64,000 bases of DNA from Gammaproteobacteria bacterium (GCA_029244925.1 JAQWQE010000029.1:24749-88748); one strand, 5' to 3'. Counted from the first letter of the stretch, positions 29,135-38,893 are shown. Program-made: numbers and translations. Notes: generated by a model not told the origin, from the sequence alone.

Positions 29135-30948
29135 GTAATCCTTCTTTTATTTTTTTGTGCTTTGAGAAAAAAGATATTCAAGGTAGCTCCTTTTTCTTTG
29201 TTATTTTTAATGGAAATTAACCCCTTATGCTCTTCTATAATCTTTTTAACTATTGGCAAACCCAGTCCTGTGCCTTTATTTTTTGTTGTTATGTATGGCT
29301 CAAAAACAGAGTCTAGAAGATTGTTTTCAAAGCCATGGCCATTGTCTTTAACCTCCAAAACTAAATATTCATTTGATTGGTGTATGACAGGCTTAGTTAT
29401 TATTTTTATTATTGGGTGGCTTTCTGACTTTAAAGCATCAATTGTATTTGTAAATACATTATTCAGTACTTGTCTTATACGTCTTATATCAGCCTCTATA
29501 AAGGAATTGCCATTATGCTCAACTAAAACTTGAAATGGGTCTTCGTCTCTTTTTAAAAATTCCAATGTTTCATCAATAAGCTTTGACACATCAAAGACTT
29601 CAAAATTTAATTCTGGTTGTTTTGCAAAATTGCCAAATTCTAACACCATATCTCTCAAAACCTCTACCTGGCTCACAATCGTATCTGTTGATTTATTTAA
29701 GAAATCAAGATCTTCATTTTTAAAAACTGATGCGTATCTTTTCTTTATACGCTCAGCTGAAAGCTGAATGGGTGTTAATGGATTGTTAATTTCATGAGCC
29801 ATTCTTCTGGCTACATCACTCCAGGCTGCTTCTTTTTCAGCCTTAATAAATGATTCAACCAATGAGCTGATTTCATCGCTGTCTGACTGGGGTGAATGCA
29901 TCATTGAATTTGACTCTGACGCTGACCGTGTTTTTTTCTCAAGTGACTCAATCGGCCTGACCAATCTATCTGCAAACTCTATAGAGCCGTAAATTGCCAA
30001 TAATAAAGCAAGCATAACAACCAGCAACAAAGTTAAAATATAACTATATTGAATTGGTATTTTTAAAAAACTAAGCCTGCCATATCTTGCATAGGTTTCT
30101 TCAACGGAATCCGCCATCATGCTTAATTGTGGATCAACAGCAAATATGCCCTGAAGGTATAGTGGTGTTTGGTTTGATGCAAAACTGAGAATGGGTATCA
30201 ATACCCTTATTGTATAGCCATCTGATTCGGATGAATCTAAACTACTCCAGGATTGTTGGGATTGAGCTATGTTTACTTCTAGCAAAGACGGTAGTTGTGG
30301 TGCGAATAATACGATTGTCTCAGTGCTAAAAGCAATAACTTGCAGGTTCTGATCTAATAGTAATAATTGTTTTGCAGAAATAGCTTCTCTTGCTTTATTA
30401 AGCTGTTGTTCAATGTCCTCAATTCCATCCAAAGAAAGAGCAATATTAGCAGTGTCAAATACTCTTTTTTGTTCTTGGTCATCCATAGCGGAGCGACCCA
30501 AAAGTAAAGCGTTTCTAAGTCCGTCTTCAACATCAGCATCAAACCAAATATCCAACCCTTTGTTCATAAAATCAGTGGCGAAAATAAATACAAGGAGAGC
30601 AGGCAAAACCGAAAGTCCACTAAATGCCAGTGCCATTCTAGCTCTCAACCGAGCACCCAACTTACTCTTCTTGTAATCCATCAATATTTTTCTAGCGCTT
30701 AAAAAAACCACACCCAATAAAACAAGAAGGGATACGCTATTTATTATAAGCAGTGGCATTTGCATGCGATTAAACTCGTTGGGGTTGTCTGCTGCAAACA
30801 TCAAAGCAACCAGAGAGCTAATGCTTAAAATAATTAGAAGAAAAATAATTTTTTTTGCTGAGTTAGATCTTATTTGAATAACTTCCATTCCACCATCTCC
30901 ATTTCTGTATCTAGGTTTTCTCTCCAGAAAGTTAAACTCTGCATCCAC
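29131..30948 (-). CDS. NtrY-like sensor histidine kinase
   Basis: 605 aa. N-terminal TM segments, H-box AHEINNPLTPIQLSAERIKKR (NtrY-type), and an ATPase domain (DNGHGF...GTGLGLPIVKKIIEEH). The start may be Met21 (30888). Overlaps the response-regulator start by 4 nt. Confidence 0.75.
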   Translation of the reverse strand: MDAEFNFLERKPRYRNGDGGMEVIQIRSNSAKKIIFLLIILSISSLVALMFAADNPNEFNRMQMPLLIINSVSLLVLLGVVFLSARKILMDYKKSKLGARLRARMALAFSGLSVLPALLVFIFATDFMNKGLDIWFDADVEDGLRNALLLGRSAMDDQEQKRVFDTANIALSLDGIEDIEQQLNKAREAISAKQLLLLDQNLQVIAFSTETIVLFAPQLPSLLEVNIAQSQQSWSSLDSSESDGYTIRVLIPILSFASNQTPLYLQGIFAVDPQLSMMADSVEETYARYGRLSFLKIPIQYSYILTLLLVVMLALLLAIYGSIEFADRLVRPIESLEKKTRSASESNSMMHSPQSDSDEISSLVESFIKAEKEAAWSDVARRMAHEINNPLTPIQLSAERIKKRYASVFKNEDLDFLNKSTDTIVSQVEVLRDMVLEFGNFAKQPELNFEVFDVSKLIDETLEFLKRDEDPFQVLVEHNGNSFIEADIRRIRQVLNNVFTNTIDALKSESHPIIKIITKPVIHQSNEYLVLEVKDNGHGFENNLLDSVFEPYITTKNKGTGLGLPIVKKIIEEHKGLISIKNNKEKGATLNIFFLKAQKNKRRIT

Positions 30949-31421
30949 CTTGGAACATCCTGAGCTCTTATATAGGTTATTAAATAAACATGATAATTCT
31001 CTTCAATGTTGATTAAAGAATCATCAATTAGGGGTAAGTTTTTAACATCACTAATATAGACTTCTATATCACTTAAATCAGAAGACGATAACTCTCTTCC
31101 TGTAATGCTGTTTAGAACTGAGTATCTTCTAGTAAATGCATTGTAGCGAACCAGGTATTTCTGCTCTACTTCTCCGATAGTTCTATCAAACCTCCAAGAC
31201 TTAATATTGACTATTGAAAACCTTAGGTCTACCTCAAAAGACAACCCCGAATTTAAAGCCTCAACCTGATCGGCTCTAAAGCCAACTGGTAGCTTGATGT
31301 TTGAATAATACACACCGTTCTCAAGATAGGACTCTCCATAGCTGTCTTTAACCTGAGAATATAACTCTCCAGAAAACAGAGTAAAAATAAAAAAAAGTAA
31401 TAATGATTTATTTTGTTTCAT
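30870..31421 (-). CDS. DUF4390-like secreted protein
   Basis: 183 aa with a signal peptide (LLLFFIFTLFSGELYSQ). Its position between fmt and the ntrY-like gene, and the central ...YLVRYNAFTRRYSV... region, fit my recollection of DUF4390. Confidence 0.55.
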   Translation of the reverse strand: MKQNKSLLLFFIFTLFSGELYSQVKDSYGESYLENGVYYSNIKLPVGFRADQVEALNSGLSFEVDLRFSIVNIKSWRFDRTIGEVEQKYLVRYNAFTRRYSVLNSITGRELSSSDLSDIEVYISDVKNLPLIDDSLINIEENYHVYLITYIRAQDVPRWMQSLTFWRENLDTEMEMVEWKLFK

Positions 31422-32368
31422 TGCTTTAAGCCTAATACTTTCCCTATCATTGGAAACCCTTTAATAAAATCCAAAGCATACATTTGTTTCTTACCTTCAA
31501 GTTGCAAGCTTTTTACAAATAAGCTTCCTGAGCCTGTTTTTATTACAACGCCTTCGCTTTGCAAAGCAAGCACCTCTCCTGGAATGCCTGTTTGCGACTC
31601 ATTGTTTTCTATTGCTGAATCCCAGAGCCTCAAATACTTATTATCAATATAGGTATAGGCAATTGGCCATGGGTTATATGCTTTTATGGCTCTATTGATT
31701 TCTTTTGCTGATTTATTCCAATTTATCTCTCCATCAGCTTTACTAATTTTAGTGCAAAAACTAGCTTTTTCATCTTGTTGCTCCTTGGGATGTATTTTGC
31801 CTGATAGAATGTTCCCTAGGTGCTTCCTAATCATTTCAGCAGACAATAATGAAAGTTTATTGGAGAGCGTTTGGTGGTTTTCTCCATCGCTAATACTAGC
31901 CTTTTCTGATATAAATACTGGACCCGCATCAAGCTTGCCCGACATTCTAATAATGGATACCCCTGTTTCTTTGTCCCCATTTAAAATTGAAGCCTGTATG
32001 GGTGTCGCCCCTCTCCATTTGGGTAATAATGAAGGATGAATATTGAGTGTTTCAATAGCAGCCAAATTCAAAATCTTTTCTGGTATAAAATTTCCATATG
32101 AGGCTGTTAAAATCACATCAGGCTTCAATGATTTTATCTCGGCTAGTGCATCATCAGTTTTTAGATTGGCTATATCTAAAATTTTTAACCCTAAGTCTAG
32201 GGCTAAAGTTTTAATTTTATTAGTCCGGCTTTTGAGCCCCCTACCTTGTTTTTTATCAGGTTGGGTAAGCACTCCCACTATTTCATACGGCATATTATAA
32301 AGCGTTTTTAATGGCTCTTCCGAGAAGGCAGATGATCCAGCAAATATAATTTTTAATGGTGAGGTCAT
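31418..32368 (-). CDS. fmt: Methionyl-tRNA formyltransferase
   Basis: 316 aa. HPSLLPKWRGATPIQ motif, downstream of def. Confidence 0.95.
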   Translation of the reverse strand: MTSPLKIIFAGSSAFSEEPLKTLYNMPYEIVGVLTQPDKKQGRGLKSRTNKIKTLALDLGLKILDIANLKTDDALAEIKSLKPDVILTASYGNFIPEKILNLAAIETLNIHPSLLPKWRGATPIQASILNGDKETGVSIIRMSGKLDAGPVFISEKASISDGENHQTLSNKLSLLSAEMIRKHLGNILSGKIHPKEQQDEKASFCTKISKADGEINWNKSAKEINRAIKAYNPWPIAYTYIDNKYLRLWDSAIENNESQTGIPGEVLALQSEGVVIKTGSGSLFVKSLQLEGKKQMYALDFIKGFPMIGKVLGLKQ

Positions 32369-32383
32369 TCTATGGGGTTTTCT

Positions 32384-32923
32384 TTATATGAGATAATCGG
32401 GTTTTGTTTGCTTCTCTAGGTTTAATGCTTTTTTTTCCTTAATTATTTTTTTTCTTAGTCGTTCAAGCTTTATCTCAGAAACATAATCAATAAATAACTT
32501 GCCATCTAGGTGGTCAATCTCATGTTGAATGCATACAGAAAGGAGGCCATCTGCTTTCATATAAAACTCTTCTCCATCCAGCTTATTTGCTTTTATCTCT
32601 ATGGATTCAAATCTATTAACTTCGGTTTTTATATCAGGAACAGATAAGCAACCCTCGCTGCTTTCAATCTCCCCACTTGAGTTTTTTATTTCAGGATTAA
32701 CAAACACCATTGGCTCGTTTCTTTTTTCTGAAATATCTATAACAATTAATCTAATATGATGGTTTACCTGTGGTGCTGCTAAACCTATACCCATAGATTG
32801 ATACATTGTTATTAACATGTCTTCTGCTAACTGCTTTAATTCATTATTAAATGTTTCAACCGCTATAGATGTTTCCCTTAACCTCTTATCTGGAAACTCT
32901 AAGATCTCTAATTTTATATTCAA
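32384..32923 (-). CDS. def: Peptide deformylase
   Basis: 179 aa. Motifs GIGLAAPQV, EGCLSVP and QHEIDHLDG. Confidence 0.95.
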   Translation of the reverse strand: MNIKLEILEFPDKRLRETSIAVETFNNELKQLAEDMLITMYQSMGIGLAAPQVNHHIRLIVIDISEKRNEPMVFVNPEIKNSSGEIESSEGCLSVPDIKTEVNRFESIEIKANKLDGEEFYMKADGLLSVCIQHEIDHLDGKLFIDYVSEIKLERLRKKIIKEKKALNLEKQTKPDYLI

Positions 32924-33083
32924 TTCAAATCCTTTTTCAATCTTTAAAATATGGAGATTTATATTATCATGATGTTGTTGTTTTTTTCCAAAAGTCTCTA
33001 CTTAGATGAAATGAATTAAAAAGAATTGACCTCTTAGTTTTTTTGGTTCATCCTCAATTTATTAAATTAAATATGCACCTAAT

Positions 33084-33572
33084 ATGAATCATAAATTAAA
33101 AGAAGCCTTTCTAGATGTGCTGCTTTATCTTTTTGAATATTATTCAGAAGACAATGATTTAGAAGAAGATGATGATTTTGAGATAAGAAACAAGCTGAAA
33201 GTGGCAGGATTTAGAGAGGATGCTATTGAACATGCATTAGATTGGGTTGGAATTTTTAAAGACTCTTCCTCAAACAACACTATTGAGAAACCAGGGTCGA
33301 AATCAATCAGGGTTTTAAACGATGAAGAAAAGAATCTTTTAGACGAAGAGTGCCAAAATTATATCTTAAGATTAGAAAAGTTTGGTTTGTTGCCACCCCT
33401 TAAAAGAGAGTTATTGATAGATAAGTTAACATCGATTGGTTTTGAGCCAATGGATATTGAGGTAGTGAAAGCTTTGAGTATTTTAATGTTATTTCAAGAA
33501 CCCTCTATTGATGTAAAACTGCATAGTGTCGAAGGGGAAGATCTTTGGGAAAAACCAATAACATTGAACTAA
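33084..33572 (+). CDS. smg: Smg (DUF494) protein
   Basis: 162 aa. N-terminus DVLLYLFEYY resembles E. coli Smg (FDVLMYLFETY). Conserved position upstream of the topA/tsaC/aroE string. Confidence 0.8.
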   Translation: MNHKLKEAFLDVLLYLFEYYSEDNDLEEDDDFEIRNKLKVAGFREDAIEHALDWVGIFKDSSSNNTIEKPGSKSIRVLNDEEKNLLDEECQNYILRLEKFGLLPPLKRELLIDKLTSIGFEPMDIEVVKALSILMLFQEPSIDVKLHSVEGEDLWEKPITLN

Positions 33573-33597
33573 AGAGCATTTTAATCATATAATCACT

Positions 33598-33614
33598 GCC
33601 GCGCATGACGCGGC
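33598..33614 (+). terminator. GC-rich stem-loop between smg and topA (possible terminator or attenuator)
   Basis: GCCGCG-CATGA-CGCGGC is a perfect 6-bp all-G/C stem, followed by TTAATATTTT. It stands out in ~30% GC DNA, 26 nt after the smg stop and 22 nt before the topA ATG. Confidence 0.35.
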
Positions 33615-33635
33615 TTAATATTTTGGGACAAACAA

Positions 33636-36095
33636 ATGAAAACACTCGTTATAGTGGAATCGCCAGCAAAGGCAAAAACAATTGGCAAATACCTCGGTAA
33701 TGATTATGAGGTATTGCCCACTATTGGACACATTAGAGAATTACCAAAAAAAGATGCTATAGACCCTAATAATAATTACGAAATGACTTATATCATTAGT
33801 CCGGGTAAAGAAGATGCTATTAAAAAAATAACAGCGTCAGCTAAAACATGTGATGAGATTATTTTAGCAACTGATCCAGATAGAGAAGGCGAGGCTATTG
33901 CATGGCATGTTGCAGATATTCTAGAAACCAAAAATCAAAAAAAAATAGCAGGAAAGAATATTAAAAGAGCTGTTTTTTATGAAATCAGTAAGGATGCGGT
34001 AAAAAAAGCAGTGCAATCCCCTGGAGAGATTGCCATGGATATGGTTTTATCACAAGAGACAAGGCGGGCATTAGATAGACACTTTGGTTTTACTCTTTCC
34101 CCTCTTTTATGGCGATTATTTCCAAGTAACAATCATTCTGCAGGACGAGTGCAGAGTCCTGCCTTAAGATTGATTGTTGAAAGGGAAAAAGAAATCGAAG
34201 CATTTCAGCCCCAAGAATATTGGAGTATTGATGCGGAAATAAAAAAAGACTCCTCCTTTCAGGTAAAACTAGCATCATTTGAGGGTGAAACTGTTAAAAA
34301 GTTTACATTCTCAACCAATGCTATTGTTGAAAGCGTTAGCAATAAGCTCGAAGAAGGTTGCATTGATGGCATGGAAGCAGCATCCATAACCAAAGCATCA
34401 CGAACACAAAACCCTAAGTCGCCATTCAGAACTTCCGTCTTACAACAACAAGCCTCTAATAAATTTGGTTTCACACCTAAAAGAACCATGCAGATAGCTC
34501 AATCGCTTTACGCAAGAGATGGTGGTGGTCTTATCACATATATTAGAACAGACTCTATTGAAATCGACCTAGGTAAGCTGCCTAGTATTTATGAAAAAAT
34601 CTCTAGCTTTTATGGTGAAAACTACTTGGAAAAAAGAAGTTTCAAAAATAAAAAAGAAGCTAAAAACATACAAGAAGCACATGGTGCCATAGTCCCTGTT
34701 GATATTAATATTGTGCCAAACGAGATTAAATCTCAATTAAACGATGATGAGCTAAAGTTGTATTCACTGATTTGGGAAAGAACAATTGCCTCCCAGATGA
34801 AAAGTGCTGTGTTTGAAAGAACATCCATTGAGTTCAGGCCTAAATCGGATCCAAATTTAGCTGTTTTCACTTTCTCTGATCAAGAACTTATTTTTGATGG
34901 ATACCTTAAGGCAACAAAAGAACTGGTTAAAAACAACCCTGCACCAAAGATTTCTGAAGGCGAGGCAATGGATTTTGTTGGCCTGATCAAAGAACAACAT
35001 TTTACAGAGCCTCCTCCTAGGTATAATGATGCCAGCATGATTAAAACCCTTGAAGAAAAAGGCATTGGCAGGCCTTCAACTTATGCTGATATTTTATCTA
35101 GGCTTACTGATAGACAATACATTACGTTAAAACAAAAGAGATACGCGCCATCTGATATGGGTAGATTGGTAAGTAATTTTTTAAACGAAAACTTTACCAA
35201 TTACATTAGTGATGAGTTTACTTCAATGATGGAGAATGACTTAGATGCTATATCCAATGGTCAAAAAAGTAAAAAAGAGGTGTTAGACCAGTTTTGGGAA
35301 CCCCTCGAAATGGGAGTCTCAAAAACCGGAGAAAATGTTACTCGGAGAGATGTAAATCCTCAGCGTTTATTAGGGCAAGATCCAGACTCTGGTAAACCAA
35401 TTTTTGCAAGAATGACAAAAAATGGTCCTGCGGTTCAGTTGGGCGATATAGACGTTGAAGAAAAACTGCAATGGGCTAGCCTCAAAGAGGAGCAATCTCT
35501 TTTTGCAATAACCCTTGAGGAAGCATGTGATTTATTTAAAAAACCTGAAGATAATATTTTAGGGCTTCACCCTGAAACCAATGAACCAATTATTGCGAGA
35601 GTTGCTCGATACGGCCCTACTATTCAACTGGGGACAACTGAAAATGGAAATAAACCAAGGTATGTTGGCGTTCTTCCAACCGATGATATTACTAATATTA
35701 CTTTAGAGAGAGCTCTCGCTTATCTTGCTTTACCTAGAGAGATTGGAAAAGATCCAGAGTCAAATGAGCCCATATTAATTACCATAGGTCCATATGGTCC
35801 TTATTTTAAAAAAGGATCAAGAAACTTCAGGGCTAGAAAGGGCATTGATCCATTTAATATTGATCTAGCAGAGGCCTTAGAAAATATTGCTGGAAGTAAA
35901 GGGTCAGGCAGTTTAAAAACCTTTGAAGACAGTAAGGTTAAAATAGTAGCTGGTCGTTGGGGGCCTTATATAACCGATGGCTCAAAAAATGTTTCTGTTC
36001 CAAAAGGCACTGAACCTGAAAGTCTTGAGCTTGAAGAATGTGTTGCTTTGCTAGCAGCTGCGCCAAAAAAGAAAAAAAGGAAAAAGAAGAAATAA
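33636..36095 (+). CDS. topA: DNA topoisomerase I
   Basis: 819 aa. Toprim motifs (LVIVESPAKAKTIGKYLG, DPDREGE) and the active-site Tyr region ITYIRTDS. The C-terminal third has no zinc-ribbon cysteines but four G(P/R)(Y/W)GP-type repeats (KNGPAVQLG, RYGPTIQLG, GPYGPYFKKG, GRWGPYITDG) and a poly-Lys tail. Confidence 0.95.
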   Translation: MKTLVIVESPAKAKTIGKYLGNDYEVLPTIGHIRELPKKDAIDPNNNYEMTYIISPGKEDAIKKITASAKTCDEIILATDPDREGEAIAWHVADILETKNQKKIAGKNIKRAVFYEISKDAVKKAVQSPGEIAMDMVLSQETRRALDRHFGFTLSPLLWRLFPSNNHSAGRVQSPALRLIVEREKEIEAFQPQEYWSIDAEIKKDSSFQVKLASFEGETVKKFTFSTNAIVESVSNKLEEGCIDGMEAASITKASRTQNPKSPFRTSVLQQQASNKFGFTPKRTMQIAQSLYARDGGGLITYIRTDSIEIDLGKLPSIYEKISSFYGENYLEKRSFKNKKEAKNIQEAHGAIVPVDINIVPNEIKSQLNDDELKLYSLIWERTIASQMKSAVFERTSIEFRPKSDPNLAVFTFSDQELIFDGYLKATKELVKNNPAPKISEGEAMDFVGLIKEQHFTEPPPRYNDASMIKTLEEKGIGRPSTYADILSRLTDRQYITLKQKRYAPSDMGRLVSNFLNENFTNYISDEFTSMMENDLDAISNGQKSKKEVLDQFWEPLEMGVSKTGENVTRRDVNPQRLLGQDPDSGKPIFARMTKNGPAVQLGDIDVEEKLQWASLKEEQSLFAITLEEACDLFKKPEDNILGLHPETNEPIIARVARYGPTIQLGTTENGNKPRYVGVLPTDDITNITLERALAYLALPREIGKDPESNEPILITIGPYGPYFKKGSRNFRARKGIDPFNIDLAEALENIAGSKGSGSLKTFEDSKVKIVAGRWGPYITDGSKNVSVPKGTEPESLELEECVALLAAAPKKKKRKKKK

Positions 36096-36637
36096 AAACA
36101 ATTCAGGAAATACATCAAATATTGCTTGATGGTGGAATCATTATCTATCCCACGGAATCAGTTTTTGGCCTTGGTTGTGACCCAAGAATTAAAACCTCTG
36201 TTAGTAAAATACTAAAAATCAAAGAAAGGCCTATAGGTATGGGGCTTATTTTATTAGGAGCCACGCTAGAGCATATAAAAAATTGGATTGTTGTTGATAA
36301 AGATCAAATAGAACAAGTTAACAAATCAACAACAAGGCCCACCACTTTTCTTATACCGGCTAGCAAGCAGGCACCAAAATGGCTAACGGGAAAACATGCT
36401 TCAATAGCTTTTAGAAAATCAAAAGACCCTTTTATCAAGGGCATTACGGACTTATTAAAAGCCCCGCTAGTCTCTACCAGTGCTAATTTTCATGGTGATC
36501 CCACAATTAATGAATATAAAATCATAAGAGAAAAGATGGGCGACATGGTAGATTATATTGTAGAAGGGCCTTGTGGGGAACAGGATCAGCCTTCAACAAT
36601 TGTTGACCTTATCTCTGGGAAAAACATAAGACCTTAG
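36038..36637 (+). CDS. tsaC: L-threonylcarbamoyladenylate synthase (t6A)
   Basis: 199 aa. IIIYPTESVFGLGCDP and STSANFHG motifs. Similarity to E. coli TsaC extends upstream of the internal TTG (36122), so the ATG at 36038 is the likely start. It overlaps topA by 58 nt. Confidence 0.85.
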   Translation: MCCFASSCAKKEKKEKEEIKTIQEIHQILLDGGIIIYPTESVFGLGCDPRIKTSVSKILKIKERPIGMGLILLGATLEHIKNWIVVDKDQIEQVNKSTTRPTTFLIPASKQAPKWLTGKHASIAFRKSKDPFIKGITDLLKAPLVSTSANFHGDPTINEYKIIREKMGDMVDYIVEGPCGEQDQPSTIVDLISGKNIRP

Positions 36638-36680
36638 GTAACAGTTATAATAAAAGATAGTATTTTTAAAAAGGCATAAA

Positions 36681-37496
36681 ATGGACGCATATGGTGTAGT
36701 GGGAAACCCAATCAATCACAGCAAGTCGCCTAAAATTCATCATCTGTTTGCTGAGCAGCTTGGTCATCAAATTTCTTATTCAAAGATAGAGTCTTCTTTG
36801 GAGGATTTTACACAAACAATAGAGTTGTTTTTTACCAAGGGAGGTAAAGGGCTTAACATAACCCTTCCTTTTAAAGAGGCTGCTTTTAAATTATCAGATT
36901 CTTATGGGCAATCTGCAGAAAATTCTCAGGCAGTGAACACTCTGAGTTTTTCGGAGGATGGTCGAATATATGGTGAAAGCACCGATGGTTTAGGGCTACT
37001 AAAAGATTTAGAAAATAATGATATTTATTTAGAAGGAAAAGAGGTTTTATTACTCGGTTCTGGCGGTGCTGCAAGGAGTGTTATTCCGTCCCTCCATCAA
37101 AAAGATATCGCTGGTTTAACGGTTTGTAACAGAACAAAAGAAAAAGCAATAAAAATAAAAGAAGACTTTATTCATCTCAGAGAGATCAATGTCTTGGATG
37201 GACTGAGCTTAAAGAATCACTATGACATAGTGATTAATGCGACTTCAGCAAACCTTAGTAATGAGGCCCCAGAAATAAACCCTAATGTGTTTGATGGGTC
37301 TGTTTGTTATGACATGGGTTATACCTATGGCGATACTTTTTTTCTCAACTGGGCAAAAAAATTTAATCCGTCTATTTGTTTACAAGGCTGGGGTATGCTT
37401 GTTGAACAGGCTGCTGAGTCATTCTATATTTGGCGAGGTGTTCGACCAGATACAGAAGAAATTATTCTCAGATTGCAGAAAGAAACCGAAAATTAA
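36681..37496 (+). CDS. aroE: Shikimate dehydrogenase
   Basis: 271 aa. GNPINHSKSPKIHH and GSGGAARS motifs, with conserved tsaC-aroE adjacency. Confidence 0.9.
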   Translation: MDAYGVVGNPINHSKSPKIHHLFAEQLGHQISYSKIESSLEDFTQTIELFFTKGGKGLNITLPFKEAAFKLSDSYGQSAENSQAVNTLSFSEDGRIYGESTDGLGLLKDLENNDIYLEGKEVLLLGSGGAARSVIPSLHQKDIAGLTVCNRTKEKAIKIKEDFIHLREINVLDGLSLKNHYDIVINATSANLSNEAPEINPNVFDGSVCYDMGYTYGDTFFLNWAKKFNPSICLQGWGMLVEQAAESFYIWRGVRPDTEEIILRLQKETEN

Positions 37497-37780
37497 TCTT
37501 TGCACCAGACATCGTAAACAATGGAGTAGTTTGCCGCTATCTGAGAAAACGCTATGGCACCTCTCAACAACTCCTCTTCTTTGCGTTTTCTTTTTTCTTC
37601 TGCTTGTTGAAGGTTGTTATTTTTTTCAACTTCTTTAAAAAGATAGTCAGCCATACCTAATGCAGTTCCAACACCGACCGTTGTTTCATTGCACTCTTGT
37701 TTATTCAGTAACGAAATACTGTCAGCAAAGACAGGAGTACTGGTTAATATCAAAAACCCAGTAATTACTATTTTCTTCAT
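37493..37780 (-). CDS. Small secreted protein of unknown function
   Basis: The ORF runs to 37840, but Met21 (ATG 37780-37778) is preceded by GGAGGA. It starts a signal peptide MKKIVITGFLILTSTPVFA, followed by a charged EEKRKRKEEELL segment. Confidence 0.45.
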   Translation of the reverse strand: MKKIVITGFLILTSTPVFADSISLLNKQECNETTVGVGTALGMADYLFKEVEKNNNLQQAEEKRKRKEEELLRGAIAFSQIAANYSIVYDVWCKD

Positions 37781-37784
37781 TCTT

Positions 37785-38027
37785 TTATTCCTCCAAATAC
37801 TTAGATAAATCATCATAGCCACCAACATGAATGCCATCAATAACTATTTGGGGAAAGGTCCTTGCATTAGGAAAAGATTTCTTTATAAAATCAAAATCAA
37901 AATCTTTATCTAATTCTTTATAGGTATATTTAATTCCTTTTTGATTGCATAAAAACTTAGCCTTTTCACAATGAATGCAGTCAAGTTTACCAAATATTTC
38001 AGCATGAAGGTGTTCTTTGTTGTTCAT
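37785..38027 (-). CDS. Glutaredoxin-like protein (CIHC active site)
   Basis: 80 aa. C-I-H-C redox motif and TFPQIVIDGIHVGGYDDL, typical of the Grx fold. Confidence 0.8.
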   Translation of the reverse strand: MNNKEHLHAEIFGKLDCIHCEKAKFLCNQKGIKYTYKELDKDFDFDFIKKSFPNARTFPQIVIDGIHVGGYDDLSKYLEE

Positions 38028-38125
38028 ATTTTATTTTTATTGAGTTAATCTCTTTTAAAATTAATGTATCTATTTAAATTATTTTTGTTCAGCATTAGAT
38101 AATATACAAATAAAAATTAAAAACT

Positions 38126-38893
38126 ATGAAAATAGCGAGTTGGAATGTCAATGGAATTAGGGCACGAATAGAGCATGTTACTGCATGGATAAAATCCAAT
38201 CAGCCAGATGTTTTAGCGCTGCAAGAAACAAAAGTAATGGATAATATGTTTCCATTCGAAGCCTTTACATCACTGGGCTATGAAGCAATGATCTACGGCC
38301 AAAAATCATACAATGGTGTAGCCCTATTATCAAAAAAATCCCCTAAAGAATGTACTAGAGGCATTGATGATTTTGTAGATGAACAGACTAGAGTAATCTC
38401 TGGAATCTATGAGGGGGTTAAGATTATTGATGTTTACATACCTAATGGTCAAAGCGTTGGTTCTGAGAAATTTGAATATAAAATGAGGTGGTTGACAAAC
38501 TTACATCGTTACTTAGAGGCATCAATAAAAAGAAATGAACAAATTGTTGTCCTTGGTGATTTTAACATAGCGCCTCAAGATATAGATGTTCATGACCCTA
38601 TAGAGTGGAAAGGTAAAGTCTTATGCAGTGATGAGGAAAGAGAATGGCTGCATAAAATAGAGAAAATAGGTTTTGTTGATAGTTTTAGATTGTTTAATCA
38701 AGATGAGGGTTTATTTAGTTGGTGGGATTACAGGATGGCTTCTTATAGAAGAAAAATGGGCATGCGAATAGATTTGATACTTATCTCTGAAGCATTAAGA
38801 AAAAATTGCATCAAAAGTTATATTGATGAAACCCCTAGGGCTTTAGAAAAACCATCTGATCACACGCCCGTGTTAATAGAGCTCAGGTTATAA
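38126..38893 (+). CDS. xthA: Exodeoxyribonuclease III
   Basis: 255 aa. SWNVNGIRAR, LQETK and C-terminal SDHTPV. Confidence 0.93.
   Translation: MKIASWNVNGIRARIEHVTAWIKSNQPDVLALQETKVMDNMFPFEAFTSLGYEAMIYGQKSYNGVALLSKKSPKECTRGIDDFVDEQTRVISGIYEGVKIIDVYIPNGQSVGSEKFEYKMRWLTNLHRYLEASIKRNEQIVVLGDFNIAPQDIDVHDPIEWKGKVLCSDEEREWLHKIEKIGFVDSFRLFNQDEGLFSWWDYRMASYRRKMGMRIDLILISEALRKNCIKSYIDETPRALEKPSDHTPVLIELRL

Noticed and set aside
29114-29533. A 139-aa plus-strand ORF across the junction of the response-regulator and kinase genes.
   Set aside because: It is antisense to the ATPase domain of the histidine kinase and has no motifs. The minus-strand genes are translationally coupled here.
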